Shown: positions 30,416 through 55,166 of the stretch, piece after piece
Position numbering within the stretch: the stretch's first letter is position 1
Layout: each line of letters starts with the position of its first letter
NCBI GenBank assembly: GCA_964247055.1
Contig: OZ176058.1
Span: 3,038,001 to 3,102,000, forward strand
DNA length: 64,000 nt
From: Paragordius varius
Lineage: Eukaryota > Animalia > Nematomorpha
Direction: 5' to 3'
Position numbers and translations under genes: made by a program
Notes under the pieces: generated by a model
Database searches by the model: none
What the model saw: the letters and a program-made list of their open reading frames with translations, nothing else
Told to the model about the DNA's origin: nothing

Positions 30416-31983
30416 AATGTTCCAGATATTGAAGCAAATGACCCACCACCATATATCACCCCAAAAAATAAAAAAGAGAATGGCACCCCATTGTGCAAAC
30501 AGAAGTACGAAAAAGATGGAGGTAATACACCCAAAACCTTTATCATACCTCAAGCAAAAAGATTACAATTAAAAGTTGAAGAGGTAATACAGATCTCCTA
30601 AGTGAGGAGGTAGAACAAGCGTTAAACAAATTCCTTACGACAATGCAATGGGTTTAGACAATATCCCAATAAAATTAATAAAAGCTATTCTAAACGTCAT
30701 TTAATTAATTCCAAAAAAGTGGGAAACATGTGAGTGGGAATAAGCACAAGAGACCATTCAAACATAAGAAGGGATAATGGAAACATCTAGAGAGTTTCAG
30801 AAAGATTTATACATATGATTGATTTTACAAACAAGCTTTTGATTCGATAAATTATAATTTCTTGTGGGAAACATTGGAGTTACTAGGAGTATCGTCCCAC
30901 TTCTAAGATAAGAGTGATTATTACACATCAGTGGGGCATATAGAAGAAAAACTTATCTTGAAAGGAGTTAGGGTGATGGTTATTCCATTATCTGTTTAAC
31001 ATGTGCACAGAAATGATAATGAGAAAAGATTGTTTGGTGTAAGAATAAGACGGAGAGCAATCTATGATGTTTGCAGGCGATACAACCCTTATAGCTAAAA
31101 GTGTAAACCATTTAATAATTAATTGAAGAGATTTAGGAGGAAAGTTTGAGTTATGGTCTTATGCTTAACCCCAATTAAAACCAAAATATTAAGCATTTGA
31201 GAAAAGGTTGTTTCGATTGTAGATGGAATGAAAATAAAAGTAGTTAATTAATTAACGTTTTTGTGTGCTATAATTTCCGAGGATGGCTCCTTTACTGACA
31301 GAAAGAGAGCATGATTGGGTAGGGAATCAATGACCAGATTAATAAATATTTGGAAAAACAAAAGCGCAAAAGTTGAAAAAATATGATTACTCAACCGGTC
31401 ACAAAAAAAAGAAACCCTTATGGTTTTTGAAAGGAGCTGCTGGCGTAGGCTAGGATTTTCATGGAAAAAGAATACTAATAATAAAGCCAACTATACAAGT
31501 GAATCTTATGACAAATGTGTACAGCTTAAAAAACATTAGCGTATATTGGTCATGCGATTGAATTTTCAAGGCACAATGCTTGGGAAGGGAGAAGGACGAA
31601 GGATACGAGGTAGATTACCTATGAGGTGCTTATACATAATAAAAGATGATACTAAGGTGACACTAAAAAATTTCTATTTAGAAGTAAAAGATAGAAAGAA
31701 TTGGATAATGATAGTGAAAACTAAGAAAGGCGTTTGCGACTTCATTATAAAACCAACCAAACAACCAAATGCTAATTCAATCGTCAGAATGACACGTTAC
31801 TGAAGTCATTTATTTCAGTATTAGCATGTACTAGATTATTAATTATCGCTTTAAAAAATGTACACCCTTTATATCTTATACCAATAATAATAATTTGTAG
31901 AACATGCGCATAAGCACCACCAGTTTAGCATAACCTTCATTCGAACCTGCCACAACACCACATGGAACGCATTTAACACCGAC

Positions 31984-43196
<11,213 letters not shown>

Positions 43197-44084
43197 AATA
43201 GAAAAAATCAAGATAAAATTTTGATTTATAAATTTTTGTTTCAAATGTTTCAATCTCATTTTTTGACGAAGATAGGGTTCACCATAAATTTTGTGTATAT
43301 TATAATTTTTCCCTATAATATATTTTATATTTCCAGAGTTTTGACGGAAAAAAATAAACTAATATATTTTTGGACAAAAGCTATTTATGTGATTAACTTC
43401 TCATTATAATTTATTTTTATACTTCTCACAAAATTTTGTATACACACAATAGTTTATATTATGATTTTATAAAGACATACAGTAATGACAAAACCTAAAA
43501 ACTGAAAGACAAATATTTTTTTATAAACCCATACATACTTTAAAAACTATACTATATAAAAACCAAATATATAATTTAGGTACTTGCCCAATTTACATCG
43601 CTAAGCCTTATTTTGCAACGCAAAACGATGATTTATATTAAAAATTTTGGATTAAATAAATATGGTTGTCTTTATTATAAAAAATTTTTGTCTTTTAGTT
43701 TTTAAGTTTTGTCCTGTATATCTATATATTTGGGGTAAAATGCAATATTTCAAACCTATTCACTATTTATACATTTTTTGGCTATTCTCATTATAGGTTC
43801 ACACAGTTTATGTATATCAATAAATTTTTAATGGTTATATTATTTATTTGATTTTTGTAAATATACAAAATATTTTAGACGGTTATTGCGTAAATTTGAG
43901 GCTTAAAAACAAATCAGCAGGATATCTTGAATTATACTGTTATATAAACATAATATAAAAGATATATATTAATCATAAATACATAAATAAAGTGATTTAA
44001 AATCAAAAAATTTTCATTAATCAAACATGCTAATTTTTGCCATTATTGTGCAATATATTTATAACATAAAACTTAGGTGCCTTT

Positions 44085-44390
44085 CACAAAGTACTTCGCT
44101 GTCGCATTTTTGACCAAAAAAATCCGGTTAGCCGCTTTCAAAATAAGCATTAATAAATATTTTTAAGATTAACTTAACCTGTATAAAACTTGTGAACACA
44201 TCATAGTTAATAGTTAGTTTCTTGCCAAATTAAAAAAGGCTTATTCTGAAATTAAAAATATCAATATTAAGATCTATATATATGATAGTAGCAATCTTTT
44301 TGTGAATTATGGAACTTGGTAATTTTTCAAGTGTTTTACTGGCTGCACAAAATATTTCAGAGGGCCGCATGTTGGACACCCTTTGACTAA
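44085..44390. mobile_element. Degenerate hAT MITE
   Basis: CGCATTTTTGACCAAAAAAATCCGG matches 59260; right end GGCCGCATGTTGGACACCCTTTG. Confidence 0.55.
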
Positions 44391-44483
44391 GCAGACTGTA
44401 TATTTTTATCAAAATAATTAGATTTTTTTACCAAACATTTAAATTAAATGGCCATGCTGTCAAAAGAATGCTAATTTTCTTAC

Positions 44484-47400
44484 ATCAAAAGTGACAGGCG
44501 TAACAACTGATCCCGCCAATTTATTGATGACAAAATCATAACCCGTATAATTTCCTCGAGTTTGTCTGTAATTCGGCAAAAGGGTTACCGTAGCTAATGT
44601 TGTTGTAGCCCCTAATATATATTATAGCAATAAAGTTGGATTAAGTAATTGAACTACAAAAAACAAAGGCAAAACACCATTTTTAAAAAGACAACTATAG
44701 TTTTTGAGACCTTAATTTCCTACAAAAACTATTTGATTATAATTTGAATTATATATTGAGTGTGCTGACCTACAGCTCAAATCACTATTACGCAACTCAA
44801 AATGATTGTTCAACAAAAGCTTTTTATTTTTAACATTTTGTCTGTTATAATTTCAATTTGTCTTATATATGCTAAATGTAAAATACAGGGGATCGAACCC
44901 TCTCATGTCCTCGATCGTGGGAAAAAATACATGACAATTTTTTAGAAAACGATAAAATTATTTAAAATTTACACAATGTTTTATTTGTTAATAAATATAA
45001 AATCTTTAAATAATATAATTAATTTTGAATAATTAAAGTTTGGATTTTACCACTAGAAACATATCTGAATAATGAATTCATTAATTAACCTGCGTACATG
45101 GTTTGACCGAGAGAAAAATTGAATGTCGTTAAGCTTGTTGGTGTAGCCATCGCTAAGTTTGCGCCTATATACAATTAAAAATTAAGATTTTACAGACAAA
45201 ATTTTCTAAATATAAAGTATTTGCTACCATTTTAATATCTTTATTTTTATCAAATTAATCGTTATGCTTTGTAAATTGGTGATAGATATCCTCCATTATA
45301 TCATTAAATTGTAACTAGGGTTGTGCTGACCAGGTCAGTGACTATTTATTTTATGACGATGGTCATTTTAAAAACAGCTGATTTTTTTGAAAAATTGCTC
45401 TAGAATTTTATTGGTAGAAAATGAAAAGATTTTTTTTGGTTTTTTTTAAAAAAATATAAATTAATTATTTAAATATGCTTATTTAACAATATAAAATTGC
45501 TATACATGCATCATTATAACATTAGCATCTAAGCATATCCAGTGATTTCAAAAAACATCAAGCACTTTGCAAAATATGCAATTTTTCCATCTATATGAAC
45601 CAATAAAATGAAAAAACATTTTATAATTGAATATTTCGATGAGAGAAACTGTAAAACAAACTGGGTTAAATTTTATTTGAAATATCCAGTATTAAAAGCT
45701 TTGTATTTGATGATTCAGAGAGCCACAAACATGTGGCAAAATTTATTTGTAAACAAAATTCTTGATTAAATTTGATTGATTTATAAATAATATTATAAAA
45801 AATGTATAAAATAACTTTTAGAAAAAACATGACATTAGTGAAACGCAAGTGTCGTACGAACATTATTTTCATAATCCATTATTGCATGATATTTACTTAA
45901 TTAAAAAGTGGTCATGACTATGGTCTGACTGGGTCTGACCGGACTTTTTTGAAAAGGCAGTTAAATGCATCACACTAATTGTAACTATAATATTTATCAA
46001 TAATCAAGGTTTTAATAAGTATGGTTTTCTTTTTAAATACAATATTTATCTTTTATATAAATTTGTCTCTATTAATTTAATTTTTACTGTATTTAACATT
46101 TTTACAAAAGAGTTATATATAACTTGAAATATAAAATATTTTTATATTTTAAAGTTTTTATTAATTGTAAATTTACATACTGTCTTATTTAATACAATAT
46201 ATTATTTGAGATTGAGTTTACTCCATGAGGTTCTAAAACATAAGTTATCCGTAATAAGGCTATAAAAGTGGTTAAAATTGATAAAATTGATGATTCAATA
46301 TCAACAATAACTGAAAATAAAAACTTACGGACATTATTTCCATCAAAAACAGAAAAGGTGACAACGGCATTACAAGCCTGTCCGCTTGGTTTATTGATGC
46401 GCAAAATATCAGTTTCCGAAGCAATTGCTAAGATAGCCAAATTTTTTATAAACATATGATAATGTTATATACAGTTTAAAGTATCATATCTTTTTATGTA
46501 GAAGGACTTTTAAAAGCTTTAAATGGGAACATTGCTTAGTTTTGCAGTTTAAACTCTGGTATTTCACACCACAGTTTAGACCGCGCCCTAACTACTATAA
46601 CATCACGCCTTATGTAATTTCATAGAAATTAGATATTATTTTGCTGTTCATCTAATTAGCGGATTTTATTTTCTCAATTAGCCAACAAACTCATCTTTTT
46701 CCGAATTATAACCAAATTTATAAAAACCAATATGTATGTGCTAGGGTTTATTTCAAAATTCATTAAAAAAGCGATAACCGTTAGCCTTAAGGCCATGGAA
46801 GTCATATAATTAAAATGAAATGCAAACAGAGTAGGGCACCAAAGGGCTTGGGACCAAATGTGGTTTCTGAAATCCATATATTGCGATATCTTGAAATCTG
46901 ACCAACCTCGGTCACACTTTCTTAAGTACGACCCACCCTGGTTTAATTTTCAAAGTTTTTAAAGTTCCTTGTCAAACAGATTTTGGTGAATACATACTCA
47001 AAAATTGTTGAAGGTTTTAACTTAAAGTATTAATATTCATTGTTTTTGATGATTTAACCAGCATTATTTTGTAGTTATTCAATGTTATTAAATAATGTTT
47101 CGTTATGTTATTAACATGGCATGCCCTATACGAATAAATAGAATCGGTTACAAACGGTTCCAAAACCGCTATAAAAACCAACAGTTGCGGCTCTAATTTC
47201 ACTCATAAATTCAGGTTAGAAATTCCAAAAACCGGTTCCAATTTGACCAAGGCTTGGTTGAAAGCTCTGAAAATAGTTGTAACAAAATAAATTTTTTAAC
47301 TAATAATTAATGATTTGCATAAATCTAAAAATCTGACATTATTTACACATACGGTAAAAATTAAAATTATACGGATAAAAAATTTTAGGAAAAATATTTT

Positions 47401-48125
47401 TTAAAAGACAACCATACTTAATCAAACCTTTACCATGAGCAATTTAATTATAATTTTGAATTATATAATTGATATACTAACAATTTATTATTTTTCAACA
47501 AAACGATGAAGATTTCAAAAATATGGTTGCCTTTAAAATATTTATTTTTTAAGTTTTTACGTCTTGTCCGTACAATTTCAATTTTTATATATTTATATTT
47601 ATATCTATTAAAAAATACCGATGAATACGTCCCAAAAGGTTGATATTCCGAAAAAATGCCAAAATATATAAATGTTAATTGAAATTAATAAAAAGTATAA
47701 GTTATATATTAGAGTAAAAATAAAATTATACGGACAAAACGGATAAGACAAATATTTTTTCTAAAAGACAACCATTATCTGATTTTTATAGGATAAGTTT
47801 AGGTTTAAACATGGTTGTCTTAAAAAAACATTTTATCATTATATGTTTACGTTTTTTTCTTATAATTTTAATTTTTACTGTAATACGAAAAACATACAGA
47901 GAGGAAGAGTATATATTCGGTTATTTTGAGCTATAACGGAAGCTTGAGGAATTTCAGTGGTGGTCGGTCTCAAAAAGCGAGAATAAACGGTACACATCTG
48001 CCCAAATATTGCATAAGGCTTATTCAGTATCAATAGCACAATTATTATTGCGGGTAATGGTGAAATCGTCATATCTGAATTGGATCGACTTAGGAATATT
48101 TTATTCGGTTTGTATAAAATGTATT
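44484..48125 (-). CDS. Tentative uncharacterised multi-exon gene (both ends unresolved)
   Basis: GC-richer open segments bounded by AG/GT: 48125-47898, 46427-46329 (IASETDILRINKPSGQACNAVVTFSVFDG|gtaagt), 46259-46222, 45164-45090, 44611-44484 (..VINKLAGSVVTPVTFD|gtaaga). Mostly phase 1; one phase mismatch remains. No recognisable domain. Confidence 0.45.
45316..45977. mobile_element. hAT MITE, 662 bp
   Basis: TAGGGTTGTGC ... GCATCACACTA with perfect 8-bp TSD ATTGTAAC (45308-45315, 45978-45985). Confidence 0.9.
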
Positions 48126-48734
48126 CTAAATTTTTTTAAAATGAATAGTTTTCCGATGTATAAATTTATAAGAAACATATATAGAGTTGAATACGATTTT
48201 CCATATAAAACTGTAAAAATAAAATAGATTATTAGATTTATAGATTATAATGACAAACTTGAGAAGTTTCGATTACATTTTCTTAATGTTATGTCATTTA
48301 CTAACAGTTTTACTTTATTTTATAAATGATTACATGTTCCAATATTAATAAGAATTATTTTGAGGTTAGCACTAAAATAATTTACCTGGAAATATGGCTT
48401 CCTTTTCAAACAGCTTAACAGGCAATAAATTTTGTTTAGCTTACGACGAAAATTGTTTACAAAAAGGTCAATATTATTTTATTGTTTAATAAATCTCTTT
48501 AAACAGCACATAATTTAAAATAATATACTTTTTGAAAAATAGATTAAAATAGATATTATACGGACAAAAGATTAAACACTTTTTAACAGACCGCTATACA
48601 CTTTTAAACTTGAATTATTTGATTATAACCTATTGTTCCAAACTGAAAAATATTTCTATAGATACGTATATTGATCACACACTCATAAACGCATTTTATA
48701 ATTGTAATTAAATAGAAAAAATCAAGGTTTAAAA

Positions 48735-49282
48735 CAGGGATGTCCAACATAAATGGCTTCGTGGGCCGCATTTTTGATTCAAAAGATCTTGCCACATTTA
48801 AAACATAAATTGACTTTCATAGACATTTTATTAGATTTCAAACAACATAAAACTGTAAAATGCAAACACTATATAACAATTTTTTCTAGTTTATTGGATG
48901 GCCTTATTCAGTGAAATTGCTAAGAAATATTACAGTAATTGGCATTATACGGACAAAACATAAAAATATAAGACAATTATTTTTAAAAAAACAACCATAC
49001 TATTTGGAACCTTAATTTATTTTATAAAAAACTTTTAAATACAACGGTTAAAACATCAATGAATATGTTTCCTTACATCTCTATATTAATAATTGGTTGC
49101 ATTTTAAAAAAAATATTTGTCTTTATCATATATTTTTAAGTTTCCTTATAATTCTAATTTTTATTGTAATTTTACCAATGTGAGATTATTTTTGTATTTA
49201 TGGGCTTTTAATTTTTCGTGAGCCTCTCAAAGGGTCTCGGAGAGCCACATGCGATTAGCAGACCGTGTGATGGACACCCCTG
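48735..49282. mobile_element. hAT (Buster/Charlie-like) MITE with a nested Tc1-like MITE (~48930-49170)
   Basis: CAGGGATGTCCAAC ... GATGGACACCCCTG; TSD GTTTAAAA / GCTTAAAA. Confidence 0.85.
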
Positions 49283-50580
49283 GCTTAAAAGTATGGTTTT
49301 AAAAAATATTTGTCTATTAATTTTTACATTTTATCCGTATGATTTTAATTTTTACAGTGATGTAACCTTTTATAACCATATGCATATTTTTTTGTTTATT
49401 ACAAAGTTAAAAAGTTAAAATAATATATTTAATTATTATTTAAATAATACATAAAAAGTCACCCATTTATGCGTGGTCATGACTATGGTTTGAATTTGCT
49501 TAAAATACAAGGGGTTGCATGGAGGGGGAGAAGGGTGCCATCACGGATTCATGCACTGGGCGCCAGAAATGCAATCTACGCCTTTCCTCTGAAATGTTGA
49601 CAAATTTTTTCCAATAAATTTCTGGCTAAAACCGTTTTTGTCATTTTTAACCTTGCACCATAACTTTATGGACAAATGTGCAATAATTAAAACTATACTG
49701 GTAAAAGGTAAAATGGACATACATTTTAAATTAAAGACCACCATACTTTTTAATTTTCATTTTTTAAATATAACTGATTGTTTTAAACTGCAAAATATAT
49801 ACAGGAAACGAAACGTAAAAATATAAGGACAAATGTTAATTATAAAGGACAACGTTACTTTTTAATTTGATTTATATGATTGATTGAACTGTAAAATATT
49901 TTAAAGAGATGTAAATTGGTAACAAAACCAATTAGTTTTTTTACGATTTTAATTTAATGATTTTTATAAAATAAATTAAGATTTAAAGTATGGTATACTT
50001 TTTAAAAAAATTTGTCTTCATACTTTTACTTTATGTTGTATAATTTCTAGTGTAATAATAAGATGTTTTTTTACACAATGAAAACATTTTTAATTTATCG
50101 ACAGATTTTAACTTTTCCAATTTGATATGGCATAAGTAATAACTGTCATTGAAGTTTTATGATTAGCAGAATGAGTTAATTAAGAAATTGAGTTTCAACA
50201 ATTTCATTATTTCCAAATAAATAAATATATAACGCGAATGTCTATAAAAATTATTTTTTAATTGTCAGTAACATATTGTTTGTGGCCTTTAAATACTATA
50301 TTTTTTGCAGTAATTTTAGTGCTTTAAATTTGAATTTGGCTTTAAAATATAGGTCATATATATGTATAAATACTGAAACAGTTGGTAAATTATGGACAAT
50401 GAGCCCCTGTATAAATTTTTTTATCTTTTTTGTGCCTGTTTTGACATAATTTCATAATTATTAAAATGATGTTAAAAGAAATTTTTTATAATTGTCAAAA
50501 AATATTTTTTTTTGTTAAACTCATTTTTTAATTAGCATATTAATTTAGTCTAAATTTTTTATCGCTGCTCTCTACCAAAC

Positions 50581-53500
50581 ATGATAATGAGATACTATTG
50601 CGTCTTTATGCTTATTATTTTAGTGCCGCATTTTACTGAAAGCACCCAAGCAAAAGCAGATTTGTTAGAAACTTCTAATTATAAAAATTACATATTTGAT
50701 AATGATTTTAATGTTGATGATGTAGAGAGGGAATATTTTTACCATAAAAATGGCAACAGGAACAAAAACTTTAACTTTAATTTAAACGATTTTCGCGATA
50801 GAAATACTGTTAACAATCGTAGCAATACAAATTTATTGTTATATAAAAGTTTTACAGCCGCCATTCAAGAAAAAATAAATAATCGTTCCTTAATTAACAA
50901 TAATAATTTTTCAAATAAAACGTTCGAGAATCCTGGAGATGAACCCATAACTTGGTTCGTAACTCAAGATTTGATCCCAGATATCTTGAAAGATTTTTAT
51001 CAAACAAATATTCTGATTTTCGGGACGACAAAATCCATAATTAATCCGACACAAAGGGCCACACAAAAGTTTTACATGTTATATTTGAGATAGGTTTTAA
51101 AAGCAAATTTATGAAGTATATGATTATAAATTATTTAATCGCAAAATCGAAAAAATACCAGATTAAGCTATTTTGTTTAATCAAATCTGAGCGCGTTTAT
51201 CAAATTCGCTATTTTTTGTTCTATGCCTTTTTTAGCAAATTATTTATTATTGTATTGGCTTAAAGTAGGTCCAAAAAGGGAAACAGCTTCTGTTGATTTT
51301 AAAATTCAGATATTAAATCCAATTAGACAAATTTATTTATACTATTAGGATTACCTCAAACCATGGCTCCATTTCTTCGAATAAAATTTATAAAAAACGT
51401 CGAAACACTAAACAGTCTAATATTCAAGTGACTAGCCGTAAAAATAAAACTGTTGCCAACACGTCTGAGGCACCAAAAAATGACATCAATAAACCTCAAC
51501 TCGAGAGCGAAGGTAAGGGGGACAAAAAGAGCAATGCAGAAAAAACAGCTGATCACGATGTTAAACGTGATATAACTGACGCTCAGATTCAAAAAATCAA
51601 TGAAAAAGATAAAATGTCATCTTTTGAAAATTTGGATAGAGTGAAACAGCCAATACCGCAATCTGAGGTTGCAAAGCAACGGAGATATTATAATAATCCA
51701 TACAATGATAATAAGAATGAACCCATTTTAGTGACAAATAGTTTTGATCATACAGATCAAAAATACAATAATCTAAACAACCGTTTCTCCAAAGTAGGAC
51801 ATATTCGCGAAGGATTTCAAGGGCAAAATGACTTCAATAATCGAAATTCAGTTCCTTCCCATTCCGCTAATTACTTTGCGAGTCATTACGAAGACAAAGA
51901 CGCTAATAATAGAGAAAATGCCAATTTGGACAAAGACCAGAACGCACCCAAAGAAAAGGGTAATCCAAACTACTCACCTGCCTTCAAACCGTTAAATATT
52001 GTTCCTAAACGCAAATTTTATACACCAAGGCCACGATACCCATCGAACATTATTGAGAATGAATCAAAATATGGTGATTTAGCTTTAGAACGATGGCAAC
52101 AGAAACCTCAAAGTTCTAATAATAGAAACCCTGACTTATTTCGAAGAGTGTATGGAAGTGGACAGCCGACGAGAACTCACCTAAATAGCCCTAACTATCC
52201 TCCCCAAGACGACTATAGAAGCAAGTATGAAGCGCGACTCCATTATTACGAACCTAGTAATATTAACAGGTAATAAAAAAATTATTTTTATCATTATTAT
52301 ACATTTCCCAGGTCTGAAAATATATATAATATTCAAAAAACATCCATTTTTAATGCACCATTTTTTTTACCGGTGAAGATAACGGTCTACACGGTAAAAT
52401 TAAATATATAGACAAAACGTAGTTGTCCAAAACTTCCAATTAAAAATTTTTATCATTCTGACACATAATACTAATCATCGAAAATATTTTTTTATTTTAA
52501 AATTTTTGCTGCAATTATGTGTGTTTTGTTAACAGTTATCCAAAAAATATTTTGCTTAAAAACAAAATCAGTTATAAGCCTTTTTTATAATTTTGGCGCA
52601 ACACTAAAATTTTTTGTCTAATTTAGAGCAACTATTAATGAAGATTTAAAACCAGAAGCTGAAACTGAAAATAATTTTAAAGGATTCTCTCAATATAATA
52701 GACACAACAATTTTTACAATAAGAATGTTAATTATGAAAAAAATAATGATCGAAATGCCGAATACATTACTGATCAAGGATCAGATGAATCAAAGTATTC
52801 TCAGACAAATATCAATGATTTTTCAGATATTGAGGAGCCACGATACCCACAGAATTTTAGAAATTCTGATATAAATACTCCAGGAACCAAACAAGGCAAT
52901 GGAAATTCTCAGCAAAGAAAATATGTTTATTCTCTCCAGCCTTCTTCTCCAAACAATAATAATTTATATAACAATGATAATAAGGAACCATATTACAATG
53001 CCAATTCCCAGCAAGATTATGTGAACAAGTAAGTGGTTATACGATACAAATTTGGAAAAACGGATTTTTTGGGTCATTAGATTGAACATAAAATATTTAC
53101 TGACTCATTTTTAATCATGAGTCCTTTTTGCTATTTTACTTTGGCCTTAAAAATATGCGATAAAATTGCTAATAATTTAAGTAATAATAATCTGTAAAAA
53201 TTAAAACAATAGATTGATTACATAGAGACAAATATTTTTAAAAAGATATACTTCAACCTAGATTTTTTTTAATATTACTAAATCATTAAGAGCAACCTAT
53301 TCAATAGAAAAGTAAATTAGTGATATAAATTTATTTTACAATTGTAATTAAATGATTTATATCTGCAACTAAGTAAAAAATATGGCTGTCTCTTGGAAAA
53401 AATATTTGTCTCATAGTTTTAAGGTCTTTTCTGTATAATTTCTATTTTTATTGTATTTTTTTGTATAAAACTACTTTTGCCTTTTAATAAAAGTTTAAAT

Positions 53501-53920
53501 GTTTGAACCGCTTTTTATTTATGACCAACGCCTTTTTGATTTGAGTTCGCGTTAAAATTTATGGAAAAAGGATAATTCAATGCTTCTTAAAATGTTCAAT
53601 ACATTTTTTACAGTGACACTCCAAATAAAGACGACCCATTGGAATTAGAATTAGATAATTCTTCACCACCCAATTCAGAGAACAGTCAAAAACCAGTTAT
53701 AACCCCCTCAGATCTTAGTTATGACGAAACAGCAAACGGGGAAAAAGACGAAGAACAGCTAATTGGCAAAAATGGATATAAGGGTTTACCCGATGACATG
53801 TCTTTCTGGAATTTTTTCTTGGGTTATGATAGCACTCGACAACCGTTTGTGGGTTCCTTTCTCAAATTTATAAGTGACATGTATCAAGATATACGGACAT
53901 ATGACATTAAATCAAAGTAA
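50581..53920 (+). CDS. Orphan secreted, Asn-rich, largely low-complexity protein (705 aa predicted)
   Basis: Exons 50581-51068, 51349-52269, 52627-53028, 53614-53920 join in phase 2 with GT-AG (2118 nt). N-terminal signal-peptide-like MIMRYYCVFMLIILVPHFTES. Confidence 0.8.
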
Positions 53921-54535
53921 ATCATATATGTATACACATATATATGCAAGCTAAAAATATACGGACAAAACGTAAATATTTACAGATGAATATATTTTTT
54001 TCAAAAGACAATGTTTTTAACCTTAATTTTTACATATAATAATATATATATATATATATTATGTAATTTGATTACAATTGTAAAATATATAATTGATCTT
54101 TTTCATATTTGCTTTTTAAAAATGATTTATATTTAGAAAAATCGGTAATTAGAAAGTATGGTTGTATTTGATAAAATATTTGTCTTCATATTTCTACGTT
54201 TTGTCCGTGTGATATAAGTATTTCTGTATATTAAACGGCTGAAAGAATGTGAAACATTAAATAAACTATCCGTCAATTCGATAATTTGTTAATATACCGC
54301 CTTAGGAACTCGATAGACTTTATTTTTTATACGTCTTTAATCATTGAATCGTCCTAAAATATGTTACTTACGTAAAAAATTGACAACTTTAATTAAAAAT
54401 TATTTCTACTCTTAGATTTAAATACATGAAAGCATACAGAGCTTACGAAAGGAATTTAAGCCGTGACTTAAATTAAAAAGATTTCATTGGAAAATGGAGT
54501 TTTAAGTCTTATACTTTATTGGGGTACAGTATTTA

Positions 54536-54789
54536 CAATAAAAATTGATATTATACGAACAAAACGTAAAAATTTAAGACAAATATTTTTTTCTATTAAA
54601 TTTTGATTTTTTTAATATAACTCATTGTTTAAAAGGAGTGATATAGAGATATAACTAGCACAATCTCTTGTATAAATTAGGATTGTAACTAAATAGCTTA
54701 TGTAGAAAAGTAGTTAGTATTGTTGTTTTTTAGATAAAAATATTTGTCTTTATATTTTTACGTTTTTTCCGTATAATCAATTTTTACTG
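54536..54789. mobile_element. Tc1/mariner-like MITE
   Basis: TA|CAATAAAAATTGATATTATACG ... CCGTATAATCAATTTTTACTG|TA. One of many copies and fragments (~43480-43720, 47350-47880, 49660-50050, 53340-53460, 53955-54210, 56950-57307). Confidence 0.75.
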
Positions 54790-55166
54790 TAATATAGATC
54801 TCCATATATATCGATATTATAAATTAACCGATAATAAAAACATAAACAATTTAAATCTTATGGCCTAAAATAAATATTAATCCGCTAACTCTACTCATTT
54901 GTGTATGTATTTGCAAAAAATATTTTGTCCATTGATTACTCTTTCAAAAGTTTTCAGAGCACAAATAAAAGGAAACTAATAATATCAACCCAGTGACCAT
55001 TTTTATTAATTGTTGTTATACAACCTTATATTTAGAAAATTTTAGTTCTTTATTTTATAATTTTTCTTTTTCCTTTTAAATTTGATAAGGTTAGATGTTT
55101 TCATAATTCATATAATAAATTTATTCGCACATTCGTTGATGTTTGCATTTCTTCTATTTGATTTAG

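Larger units (their letters stand above)
26160..31790 (+). mobile_element. Old, heavily decayed RTE-BovB-like LINE, split by a younger RTE insertion (26738-30427)
   Basis: Frame-broken motifs in order: APE CQENEIMITNTWF..KIDYIICPQNW (~26180-26300); linker W..IK..DKRRK..QCLEMEKNN (~26490-26720). After the insert: LSEEVEQAL..GLDNIP (~30595-30670), KAFDSIN..LWETL (~30830), LFNMCTEMIMRK, MFAGDTTL (~31070), CWRR, GK.EG.R.RGR (~31580). The 5' boundary is approximate. Confidence 0.8.

Noticed and set aside
44880-44930. tRNA-like T-arm on the minus strand (GAGGGTTCGATCCCCTG)
   Set aside because: No A-box, D-arm, anticodon arm or acceptor stem. At most a SINE relic.
46189-46455. GPCR TM3-like reading (SSILSILTTFIALLRITYV)
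   Set aside because: The hydrophobic stretch lies in a probable 69-nt intron (gtaagt...tttatag), and Cys-to-Arg spacing does not fit class A TM3.
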